This document shows, in pieces, positions 12,493-24,819 of a stretch of DNA of 64,000 nucleotides; position 1 is the stretch's first letter, and the number at the start of each line of letters is the position of its first letter. The position numbers and the translations under genes were made by a program. This DNA comes from Zootoca vivipara (lineage: Eukaryota). Location: assembly GCF_963506605.1 (NCBI RefSeq), contig NC_083276.1:61876001-61940000 (forward strand), written 5' to 3'. The notes under the pieces are model-generated. The model worked only from the letters and a program-made list of their open reading frames with translations, did not search any database and was not told the DNA's origin.

Positions 12493-15400
12493 CTCTTAAT
12501 AGGGAGGCTCTCTCTATTTACTCTCACATTTATTAGAGCTATCCTCCATGAATTTGTCTTAATGTTCTTTAAAATCACCTAATGTGAGCAGCTATCTCAT
12601 CTTGCAACATCTAATTTAATACTTGAGTTATGTGTTGTGTGAAGTGCTTTGTTGGCCCTCAGTCTACTGCCAATCAGTTTCACTGAGTGACCTCAAGTTA
12701 CAGCTCACTGAGAAAGGCAGCTCACTCCACACTAATTTTCTAAACCTCTAGGCCTAGACCCTTTAGCTTTTTTGTTTATAAGGAAGGAGCAACAGCACCT
12801 TTGCCATTTTAATCTGCCTTTCCCAGCCCTAACACATCCTTTTTGAGATAGGTTGATGGTATCCAGAGCAGCTCCTCCATAGGATTGTCCAAAGGCACTG
12901 TGAGGCTGGCTGTTTTATTTTCAGTTCACTCCCTTGCCTTCTCCACCACTGTCAAACACAGAGATGACAATTCCTACTTCGTCACTGCTAGTTCAGATCC
13001 TCCTCTACCACCAGATCAATTTCAGGGGCAGTAATTCATATTTTATAGTTGAACTTGTAAAATATTAGGTCTATAACAAGGTCTTCTGCTAGTAACATAC
13101 AGTTAATAATTTAACCGCTGCACCCATTTTATTCTTTCACTTTTTAGTATTCACTGTTTTTAGTTGATGGAACTTAATTTATCATTAAAGTCAAAGGATT
13201 CTAAAAGCTAGAATTTTAAAAGGTATCTTGAGCAAGGTTCATGCATTAGCTCTGTGTCCAGATACCATTCAAAAAGAATCTTGAGATGGCCCAAGTTTAT
13301 CTTCTGGTTTCTGCTCAAAAAACAGGTCTATGCACTGTAAAAAGTAAAACAATATTTCAAAACATCTTCTCTCTCACACACACACACACACACATATACA
13401 CTCACACAATGTTCAACACTGTTACATCAGCAGATTAGTACAAACATAACTCTCTCATAATGCTCGTTCTGTAAAATATTAACAGTTTAGTCAACATTAC
13501 CACAAGCTTAATAAAATAAATAAATCAAACTTGTTAACACCAACAGGAGTGAGACCAAATAAAAGGAGATAGGAAACACATCCCAGTTCCAAGTTGCCAG
13601 CTGCTGCATTCTTCACTTAGAATAGTGTCTTCACTTCACGTCATAATACCCAAGCATGAGATTATGATCTTAACAGGCAAGATTCTCCACAAAGGTCACT
13701 GGAATTTGAAATTAATTCAAAGAACACAAATCTTAAATGGCCAGAACTGAAGTGCGCCATACCAATTCCCACTGAGTACTTTCAGGTTATAATGAAGAAC
13801 ATATTAACTCTATGATCAGGCATTTTCACAGCATTTTCTGAAAGGAACCACATGCTAATACATTGCAGGTTTCTATTGCCTGCTGTATTTGCTGTGGTTG
13901 CTGTATTTATTTTTATTCAATTTCATTTTGTGTGTGTGTGTGTGTGCTTATGCTTATATTTTGAAAGGCAAAAGGCAAAAGCTGCTCTGCCTTGAACAAA
14001 AGTCGTATTTATTACATTGTCATGTACTCTTCTACCAAGGAGCTTAGTAAGTTGTCTTAGTCCCTCACACACATGGATGAACTGGAAGACTTTCCATCCA
14101 CCATACAATGATTTTCACAGCTGAATGAGGGGAGATTTGAATCTGCCATCTCACAAAGAAACCTAACATAGGAGTCAATGCACCACACTGGCTCTTTATA
14201 CATTTTCCTCTACATAAGTCCACCTTATTCATTAAATCATGTGAAGGGAACCCATGCACATGGTCCACCTCCATGATCGCATGGCTCTCAGTTACCTTTT
14301 TACATGCATGCATTGAGTGTGGATGTTTAAGCCAGGGAAGCATATACTGTACACAGAAGTTGGGGTCCCAATTGTGCATGGTTCCAGTTCCCATACAGGG
14401 CTGTTGTAGGCTTCCCCAGCTCAAAACATCCACACCTTAACATGTAGACATCCTGGGGGGCACAGGGAGGAGCTGTCTTTCAACATGTGGACCGGTTTTC
14501 TGCAGTTAATGCAGGATGTGAACTACAGAAATCTCGCTCTGGTACCTAACATCTGGCCTGCAGAGATGCACTTAAATATATATCCGTAAGGTACATGCAT
14601 ACATTTCAGATACTATACCATGTGTTTACGTTGCTATACTTTAATAAGTATACCATTTATACCTGTTAAAATTCTGCCTCTATGATGCTCACGTTTTGGC
14701 CTGCTTCATGAATTTGTTAAACAACAAAACAAAACCTATGCAAGAAACAATGATCTTGACAGCTCAAGTATTTTGTTAAGGGTTTATGGTAGCAATGGCA
14801 TTTTGTTGAGTGGGCAAGAAGGAAGGAAACTTTCCAGTTTCTTTTGTAGAATCTTGACTACTTAGCCCCTTTGTGTGTGTTAATGGAAAGGCAATATAAA
14901 TTAATTCCCCAATAACCATATTGCTTGGTTTCCTTTCTGTAGCCTCCGTGGAGACACAAGACACAAGAAATCTTTCTCCAGACATAGAATGAAAAAAAAA
15001 CCCAACAACAACCCTAAGTCAATTGAAGTCCTTTAAACAAACCATTTCAGAAGTATAAAAAAAACTTCAGCTCACCCATTGTCTTTAAATCCAAACTGCA
15101 GATCAGCATTACTGATAAAATCTACAGAGCATTAGATACTGAGCTCCTCAAAACAGTTGAAGAAATTGCATGATTCAAATAATAATATGTTACAGTAAGA
15201 GTAGAGGCCTATGGCCATCGTTTTGGCTAGTTATCTCACACCAATGCCAACTCTTATCCTCTTACGGAGCTCCTGAATAATGTACAGTATATATCACCAC
15301 TCCACCCAACCACTTCTCAAGTCCTTTGCCCATTCTCAAGACTCCTTTTTAATTCATTCCCCTCATTCCTTGGTGCGTATCCATCTTGGGAGCCTTTGTC

Positions 15401-17825
15401 CAAGTATGATCATTCCTTCCAAAAACCATTCATTCCCAATACTGAATCATATTTTAAAAGATGCCATGTTGATGTATTAGACTGAGGAAAGATATGGAAG
15501 ATCTTTTATACAAGCTCAGCCAATGGCCTTTCTGCTTGCCCTGTCCCTCTGTGAAATCAGAGAAGTTCAGCCAAATACTTCTTTTAGCACATTTCAAAAT
15601 AGTTTCCAGATTTATAATTATACATACAAGGATATTTGGGTTCCCATGCAACCAGTTTGCATTATTTCACTGAGTTCAGTGAAATCAATTTGCCATTAAT
15701 GTCAAGACCGCAACCTCAAAAATCAATTTTTAAAAGGTCATACCGGTATATAATCCCTTGCACAAATCTACACACATTCAACATAAAAAATACATACTCT
15801 GATGTGCTTAACAATCTTAAAGCGTTTTAGCTTCCAAATGCAACCATGTCTGTAAATCACAAAATGCCCACATTTTAAGTGTCATGTTTAACAGTTCAGC
15901 TAGAATTTCAGCTGCTGAAATGTATTAAACAATATTGCTCCGCGGTAGCCCATTACTGTTCATGAATAACTTGAGTTTGCTTAAGTACCAGAATGCAGAA
16001 TAACCAAAGACATGCCAACTGTGACACAACTAAAAAAAACTGGTATTGATCTATAATCCACAGCAGACAAACACAGACACCAAATGGAGATTTCCAAAAA
16101 GGGATCGACTTTTTAAAAAAATTAAAATAAAAACACAAGTTCATCTTTCATAGACGCCTTGCCCAGATCAATGGGAGAAATATGCTGACACTATCACCTG
16201 TTCAAAAACAGATCCTTTCTTTTTGTTTCCTTAAACATATGTCAAAGCAAAGTTATGTGCCTCACAGATATGCATCTGTAGTCTGTACTATATATTGCAA
16301 TGTTACCATGACACCATAACAATTTAAAGCTATGTTCTTTTTTAAATATGGGGTTTTGTTGTTGTTCTAAATAAGAAGTGGTTTTGAATTCTGGAATACC
16401 ATGCATCTTTCCTATTATTTTCCTCAGGTTTTTTTATTATCATTATTTCAAAGGCAACTAAAAGTAGAGGGAAAGCTTATCATCAAAAGGATCTGTCTAA
16501 GTGTGCATGCATCAACCCAACTAAAACTGAATGTGAGCCAATTGTCAGATGAGATCGCATAACTGTCTAAATATTATAACCAAACTGTGCATACCATCAC
16601 AGAAGGCCTGATGTTCAAAAGTGTTGAGTTATATGTAACTTCCACATAAATTAATATTTGTTTTAGGATCCAAGCACATACGAAACCTCACATCAGCTGA
16701 TTTACCATTTACACCACAGGCCATCTCAGCATGTTTTAATTATTCCAGTCAGATGTTAATATACTTAATGAACCGTAACTTAAGCCACATAAGGATGATT
16801 CAGAAGTGTGGTCAATGACCCAACAAGAGCTGCAGCAGGCTCTTCTAACAGGCAGTTTCACACATTTTCATAACGAGAACAACATTAGAAAACAAGCCAT
16901 GTCATGGGTCATTAACCTCTGACCTCTATTCATTACTAGAATCACATAGCTGCTTAATGAAACATCCCTAGTGCCTGCATAGTTCACAAGATAGCACCTA
17001 CTTTTAATCAGCCTGGACTTCATGGACTTTTGCCACCTACTTTCACATTAACTTTTGTCAAGTCACAGTGTACATGTCACTGAATTAATGCAAACTAGTG
17101 TGCAATTCAAGAATTACCGTACTACCTCCAGCAACATGACAAACCAAACTATGTTCAAATGCAAAATGCCAAGGCAATCCATCGAAAACACTTCCTTGAT
17201 CAGTAACCAGTTTCATCTGCATGCATGAATGAAAGGAACTGAAATGTTTTAGCTGAACTATATAATATAACCTAAAGGCACATTCATTTAAAAGAATCCT
17301 GTGGACTGGGATTCGGTCATTGGAAATAGCTGAAATAGAAAGAAAGAAAAACAACCACCATCTCTGAAGTACAGACCAATGTGCTCTCCTAACTTTGTCA
17401 GCGCACACTTTTATTCTTCTGAAAGGATCCCTATTCTATTGTACAAAATAGTCATGAAGCTCCAAGTTACATATGCTAAACCTGACTATTTTACAACAGG
17501 TACTTCCTAGAAGACTGATGAGTGCTAGATGCAATGATTTACTTTCATGCACAACCACTCCACAATGCAAACCAGTCTCGGTACTCCCTCCGCATAGCAA
17601 ACAAAGAAAACTTTCCTGCAAAAATGAGCTCCAGAAAAGATGCAAAACTAAGTGTCAAATCCATTCTAAATTAAGGGTTCTGTTTGTTTGTTTGTTTGTT
17701 TGTTTGTTCATTTAATTTGTTCACTGATCTGCAATCCTCAAACCAAACCCACAGGTTTTGTTCAACTGCAAATTACTTTAAAATTCTTACCGTTTTGTTA
17801 AAAAAGATCTGAGATCCATATGAAC

Positions 17826-17964
17826 TAAAGTAGTTGGTTAAAGCATGCTGCTGATAACACCATGGTCACAGGTTCGATCCCCATATGGGACAGCTGCATA
17901 TTCTTACATTGCAGGGGGTTGGACTAGATGATCCTCATGACCCCTCCAACTAAGTGATTCAATG
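17826..17964 (+). mobile_element. Short SINE: tRNA-Ile head plus CR1 3' tail
   Basis: The head aligns to vertebrate tRNA-Ile (AGTTGGTTAGAGCGTGGTGCTAATAACGCCAAGGTCGCGGGTTCGATCCCC). The tail cattgcagggggttggactagatga...gattcaatg is a CR1 end. Confidence 0.8.
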
Positions 17965-19410
17965 TTGGAAATATACTGAATATTTATTGAAGATAGAGTG
18001 CCTTGCATGTTACTGACAAACACCTTTCAAACATAAACAAACCTCAGAATCAATATAAACATTTATGGTCATATTAAAAAGTGCAGCTAATAAGGTTTTT
18101 TTTAAGCTTAACTACTGAAAATAAAGGCTGTAATGTCACCCTTTTCACAAACCAAGACTAGAGCAAGGCAGTTTTAGTCTCCAGTCTTCCCTTATTGAAA
18201 AAAAATATTGCACTGTACTGTACCTAGAAGGCTTTTAAATTCTGTTCTCATGCAACATCATGAAACAGATGCCATTCTCTTTTGCACACTCCTTTTCATT
18301 TAAGTGGGCATCTACAAAAATGCTTGATGAAAGACATTCCACAAAGAAGATACTCCACTAAGATTCCCTCTAGAACCAGTACACACAAAACTTGTACAAA
18401 CAGGTCTCATTGGAGGAAGAATTCTTCCACTCTATTCCAGATAATGTTTAAATTGAAGCCTACTGTAATTAATTTCAGGTGAACTTTTGCCCAAAGTTAG
18501 TGTCTCTTCTATTATTAGAAACCAAGCATGAAGGCTTCACTTATTTTATATTAAGCAGTAGCCAACATTTCTAATTGTCATTTAACCTATTTTAACTGAG
18601 CATAGCACTTTGGATTTCCATGTTCTGAAAGATAAACCTCTTGTACAATTTTCGGAAAGAAAATTATGGAGGCTAGAGTGAGGGAAGCTAAATGAAGACA
18701 ACTGGTATGAAAGAAGCAAACCAAATGGAACACAGCAATTGTGGTTTTACTATACATAGGATGAGGAGAGAGAAAATATAAACCAATGTAAATAAACATG
18801 GCCAGGCCCTGTACAGCTGCACTAGAAGTACCACACAGGACAACTTGTTTGACAGGAATCCTAAAAACTAAAGAAAGCAAGAACAATGTTAAAGAACTGC
18901 AGCCTACTATAACGCTTATCAAGGAAAAATGTCTACTAGAACTGGATTATTTTATTCCTTGCTTCCAGATGAGGCTACTGACTCCTGTTGTTTTTTTTGA
19001 TTATTCAAAAGGTAAGTAATGTATCTAGATGCTAGGTCAGTCAATCATCCTGAATTGGATCAATTCCATTAAGGCGCTAAAACTCTTGTTGGGTGATGCT
19101 CTCTCGCTATGGTGTCTCCCATGTATTTGACTCTCTTTAGGTGCACTTCAAGCAATGGCATGGTGAATACACGCCAATAAACACTGAGTGCCTGCAGTGA
19201 AGCACATAAGATTGTTGGCAACCTCCTTTTTATATCAACCGAGCATCAAAGAACTGTGATATTTTAAGCCATCACTCTAGCCTTTCACCTGAATAAAAAG
19301 GAAAACATGGTCAAGGCAAAACATGGAGAAAATAAACAAATAGTGTAAGAAAAGCTTTCCTTGCCTTAGGTAATAGTTATGATCATGGTGATCAATTCAA
19401 CTGAGTTATG

Positions 19411-19690
19411 ATCATAGAATCTAAGAGTTGGAAGGGACCCAAGGCTCATCTAGTCCAACCCCTTGCAATGCAGAAATCTCAGCTACAGCATCCATGACAG
19501 ATGGCTATCCAACCATGTGCTTAAAAACCTCCAAAGAAGGAGAGTACACCACCTCTCATGGGAGTCTGTTCGACTGCTGAACAGCTCTGACTGTCAGAAA
19601 GTTTTTTTCAAATGTTTAGCTGGAATCTCATTTCTTGTAACTTGAAGCCTTTGCCTTGAGTCCTACCCTCAAGAGCAAGAGAAAACAAGC
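19411..19690 (-). mobile_element. CR1 LINE 3' end (different, older subfamily)
   Basis: tcatagaatc..gagttggaagggacc..catctagtccaacccc is the reverse-complement CR1 tail. Confidence 0.85.
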
Positions 19691-21449
19691 ATGCTCATTA
19701 GTATAAGCTAGCGGAATTGTGGCAAAAGACACAATTGACTGTGTTAGCATAGTCAATGTGCTGGACATCACCTATCTTGCAACAATGCAATGTCATAATC
19801 TCAACAAACTCTGGGTAATGAAATCACATCTCCTGAAACCAAGCAATCCAAGAGATTCTTGAGTACATACAGTATTTTTAGTAATTGCTATAACTGCCAG
19901 TCATGCATCTTCATGTCCCATTAAACTGTCCTCTTTCCTACCACACCAGTGCCAGCCAGCCTGTAAGGCTTGTATCTATCTTAACTATTATGCTTCCCTT
20001 CTTTATACTGATTTTCAAATATTAATCTATATTATCACAAAAAAACTTCATTTACAATAAGATACTTTGGTTTATAAACAGCCATTTGCCTGGTTATTTG
20101 TGGCCAGTAAAGCTCACCTCAAGGCAGGGAGCCTTTTGCAAATTGGGAGATAAGCAATTGCAGTATCAGAGTTGTTATTCTAGGTCACTGATATGCTACA
20201 AATGATTAACGTATGTGTGTGGGCAGATGGGCTGGTAAAATTGTTGCTGGTAGCAATTTTGTGACCTTATTTTCAAGGCTGATTTAAATATGTAATGGTT
20301 TTCAATCCCTCAACTTGCTCAGAATAACCTTAACATGCAATTCACTTTCTCTCATTTCCCCTTGCAGCCATTTGAGTTATTCCTGTGACTAGAGAGAAAA
20401 AGAAAACAGTGCGTGTCCATATTTGTTAGAAGTCTAGCATACATTCTGAACACAACATAAATGTTTGGCCCAGTTCAAATGTCATAAATGCAAAGCAACC
20501 TTCCCCTCAAACCCATATTTTAAAGGCTCTGGCATGTTCTGCAGGATCTCACACTCTCTCCTAAAATCGCCTTCTCCACTTCTTGGTTTTCCATAGCTAT
20601 AGTTAGTACTACCTATACCGTAGTTAGCGTGGCAAACATTATGCTGGTGGGGGAAAGGGGATTAAATAGGAGGATTTCAAGGAGGGACTGGATTTCACAA
20701 AAGAAAGTGGAAGGAGAGTAAACAACACAAACTTGTGACACACTCATGAATCTCCAAATCATGCTTCGGATATAGTCTGTTGCATCACACCTGGCCTAGT
20801 GAATCTACTAAAAGTGAATGTCAAAGTTCTAAAACTGCAAAAGGGTTATAATAGTAATAATCTGTGGCAGTGGGCTAGAACAGAAATTAATCCAGAAACT
20901 GCTAAGGATATACTAAGGAAATCAGTATTTTAAAATTCCCATGGGGCAGCGACGTTTATGCTGCCCGCTTGGTGTGGACAAGATCTAAATGTACTGGTAT
21001 GTATACCACAATATTCTTAGGGGGGAAAGCAGTGAAATTTTAGTAATAAGAGACCTGACTGCAGCTCAAAACAAGCATTCATTATAGCTTTTCACTGTTA
21101 ACCCCTCATGGAAAGGTGAGGCACACCCAACATGCCCTATTATGAGATTTGTGGGAAGCCTTGCTTAGCATTGCAACTTTCTAAGCCAGACATTTCAAGA
21201 TACTATCACTCAGAGACCATCAAACTGTGAGACCCTTGCATGCTGCAAGTACTCCAGTGTCAAACTGTACAAGTAGTACCTACAACAAAATTCAACAGTG
21301 TGGAGTTCTCCTCTGCAGCATGCCACCCACCCAGTCATGTCCTTTATCGGGACATTCCACTTTGTCCTCCTGTTCAAGTTTACTGTTTTTATTCCATAGT
21401 AACTAGTGAAATATTCCATAGTAACTGAGAACGCTCAGTCCCCACTGAG

Positions 21450-21729
21450 CATAGCTGCCAAGTCTCCCGCTGAAAAATGCGGGATCAGCAGCAGCGCGAC
21501 ACCGGAAGTCGCTTCTACGCATGTCCGGACATGTGTAGAAGCAACTTCCGGTGCCGCTCTGCCTGATTTCCGGTGCCCAGGCATGGGCAGAGTGGCACCC
21601 AAAATGGAGCCTCCCTGGCAGGTAGGAAATCCAGGGGATTTCCGGGATTTTTTTCTATTCGGGATAACAGCGGGAAACGGATTAAAATCCGGGGGTTTCC
21701 TGCGAAAAACAGGAGACTTGGTAGCTATG
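21450..21729. mobile_element. hAT MITE (CATAGCTGCCAAG TIR family)
   Basis: TIRs catagctgccaagtctcc / ggagacttggtagctatg; perfect TSD ccactgag. Confidence 0.9.
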
Positions 21730-22562
21730 CCACTGAGCTGCTCTGCCATCCCAACACCCTTTTAGGGTTTTCCCCTCCCCCAACTTTTTGTGTACAGTTT
21801 TGCATACCCTATGGCTGTTGGGTCTGCATAACCCAAATCAATTGGCACTCCCAGAATGAGTTTGGTTTTAGTATATAGGATTGCAGATCCCAAGCTCTCT
21901 CATAACATCTCAAGTGTGCAAGCCAAACTAAGCAAGCATAAACTTATCCTTTAATATTTTGCCAATATCCAGCTGAAAAAGCATTTATGCTTGAAGCATC
22001 CCTGCCTAGATTTCCTATCTGAAGAACAATCAGTTTTATTTTGTGGAAATAACAGTCAGTGACTAAGTGAAAAACTGTAATAATTATAAATAAAACGGAG
22101 AGTATCTGCACAAGTATCTGTTTCCTCTCTCCATTTTTAAAGTATACAGTACTCCTGATATTTTAAAAATGGCACGGCCCTGCGCTAGCTACCTCATTTT
22201 ACTCCAAACCTGTTCTCATATTCATAATCCTTATTTTATGTACTCCTACCTAATCCTCTTTGGTTTCATATACACAGCTATTTTTAATGTTAATCCCTAC
22301 CACCTTCTCTTGGCCTTTAAGCAATACAACTCTGCTACATAATCCATTTCAAAATTAATTATTTATTCTTCTTGTCTGCCTCAAATCTTCTCAGCTGACA
22401 AATTCAGCTTACAGCCTCCAACTATCTTTGAAACCAAGCAGCACTTTGCTTCAGTGCTCCCTGAATATCTTAGAATTTCCATTAAAGCACTGGATATTTG
22501 AATGCTCAACAAGCTTTAGGACTGAAAGCGTAACAATTTTAGGAAATTCCTCAGAGCTTTTA

Positions 22563-22791
22563 AGACTACAAGAAGGAAGATTCCACCTAAACATTAGGAA
22601 GAACTTCCTAACAGTAAGAGCTGTTTGACAGTGGAATTTGCTGCCAAGGAGTGTGGTGGAGTCTCCTTCTTTGGCGGTCTTTAAGCAGAGGCTTGACAGC
22701 CATATGTCACGCCATATATGATGGTGTTTCCTGCTTGGCAGGGGGTTGGACTGGATGGCCCCTTGTGGTCTCTTCCAACTCTATGATTCTA
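22563..22791 (+). mobile_element. CR1 LINE 3' end, same subfamily as 5716-6246
   Basis: Near-identical to about 6017-6243; flanked by taagac duplication. Confidence 0.9.
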
Positions 22792-23207
22792 AGACAGTCG
22801 GCATACACAGCACCAGGTGTGATTAACCACACACACACACCTTAGAACACCACACCCTTGAAATCCTAGATCCCAGTACACACCTAGCATTGTTTTCTGA
22901 GGTACGTATTTAGTTTTTCTTATAATGGCATTGTTAGATAGAAAGGCTGGGATTATTTGTATTGGAATCTCAGTTTTACTGCATCTGTTTTCAAATCCAA
23001 GCACCAGTAACATTGTCAGGATCAACTGATTTATACAGAAAGGCAGGTGTCATTAGTCAACATGCCTGAATATTGCAGCACCAAAATATTTGCATGTTGG
23101 CTCTGCCTTAACCAAACCAGGTCTGCTTGAGAGCATACCTGTAAATTTAGCAGACTGCTTTTGTTCATGCAACACAGACACTAGCAGGTGCTTAAGCTCT
23201 ACTTTTA

Positions 23208-23551
23208 AGGTAAAGGTACCATTAGGTCCAGCCGCGGATGACTCTGGGATTGTGCAGTCATCTCGCTCAATAGGCCGAGGGAACCGGCGCAGACAGTTTT
23301 TTCAGGTCATGTGGCCAGCATGACTAAGCCGCTTCTGGCGAACCAGAGCAGTGCACGGAAACGCCGTTTACCTTCCCGCCAGAGCAGTACCTATTTATCT
23401 ACTTGCACTTGACGTGCTTTCAAACGGCTAGGTGGGCAGGAGCTGGGACTGAACAACAGGAGCTCACCCCGTCGCAAGGATTCAAACTGCCGACCTTCAG
23501 ATCGGCAAGCCCTAGGTTCTGTGGTTTGGACCACAGCGCCACCCGCATCCC
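23208..23551 (-). mobile_element. Sauria SINE
   Basis: Reverse-complement copy; 14-bp TSD aagctctactttta. Confidence 0.9.
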
Positions 23552-23726
23552 AAGCTCTACTTTTACCGCTCCATAAATCTCTTGGTATTTCCTTTCTCCA
23601 AGAGATATGTGGGTGAGAAAGTTAGCAGCTGAGAGCTATTGTCCTCCCCACCCTTTTATTCAGCACATAGATCTTAACCAGAAGATCAACAAGGACTGCT
23701 GCAAGGGTCATTCTTCTTTTCCACAA

Positions 23727-23912
23727 GAGCCACAGCACAGTGGTAGAGCATCTGCTTTGCATTAAGGCCCCAGGTCAGATCCCTGGTGTATCCAGGTAAG
23801 GCTGAGAGAACTCTGTCTGCAATCCCAGAGAGCTGCTGCCTGTCAGTGTAGAGAATACTAAGCTTGATGGACCAGTGGTCGGAGTCACTACATGGCTACT
23901 TCCTATGTTCTA
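23727..23912 (+). mobile_element. Older tRNA-Ala-like-headed SINE (related copies near 9411-9535, 35755-36057, 38711-38885, 57290-57437)
   Basis: cagtggtagagcatctgctttgca head; shared body gatggacca..ggtc and tail ttcctatgttc. Confidence 0.65.
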
Positions 23913-23953
23913 CTAGAAAAGCTAAAAGGCTGATTATTGGAGAATCAGGCTAA

Positions 23954-24164
23954 GGCTGTGTTTACACTCCCGCTCATTCTGCATCCACAGTGTGCTCCCA
24001 CCTGACACGTTCTCCATGATCCGTATCTATCCAGTATCAGTCTTATGATTCCTTATGAAATACTGTGTTTTGATGCGTCCCCGTCCCCCCAAGCCACAGA
24101 TTCCATTTGAATTGAGAGAAAGAACAACCCACCTGCGCTTTAAGCCAGTATTGTGTACACAGCC
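23954..24164. mobile_element. PIF/Harbinger-like MITE (related copy near 29419-29605)
   Basis: TIRs ggctgtgtttacac / gtgtacacagcc flanked by taa / tca; shared body tccgtatctatcc...ccttatgaaatactg..ttttgatgc. Confidence 0.55.
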
Positions 24165-24713
24165 TCAAAAAAAAGAGGAGGGGGGACATGGCAAATCAGT
24201 AGCTAGGCTCAATTCAATTAAAACTTCCCTGCTGGTTTGTAAAACAGGGCTTGGAATTTACAGCCCAATCATATCTACCGGGTATGTTTACTTGGAAGTT
24301 CAATAAGAGAGGATGCCTAGGATTGACACCACACATATACACACACACTTAAGTTATGTGTGTTTGTTATGACATCCTTGTAGCCTATGCTCATGAATGC
24401 AAAATTAGTGAATTACCAACCGTTTCCCTCTAGCACTCAGAAACGTTCACCTGACGTTCCCACCTGAAAAACCAGGGATGTGATAGGAAAAGTTCGACCT
24501 TTTTTTAAATAGCCCTTTAGCCATCCTGAAAACACAACGACACCCTGATTCTAAGTCTCGAGGTGTTCAGTAAGGTTGCCTGACGCCAAGTTTAGTGGAC
24601 ACCGGAATCCGGATTACAATTTAAGCACTGGAATCCTACGTACACTTACTTGCGAGGAAGCCCCACTGAATTTACTTTGAAGGAGCACCCACAGGAAAAA
24701 GGGCTATGTTTAA

Positions 24714-24790
<77 letters not shown>
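24714..24790. repeat. (GAAA)n microsatellite
   Basis: Read directly from the sequence. Confidence 0.98.
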
Positions 24791-24793
<3 letters not shown>

Positions 24794-24819
24794 GAAAAAA
24801 GAAAGAACCCCGTATCAAA

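Noticed and set aside
17826-17895. Possible tRNA-Ile(GAT) gene, likewise tRNA-Lys-like 56780-56856
   Set aside because: Disrupted acceptor stems, CpG-type decay, direct fusion to CR1 tails and no oligo-T terminator show these are SINE heads.
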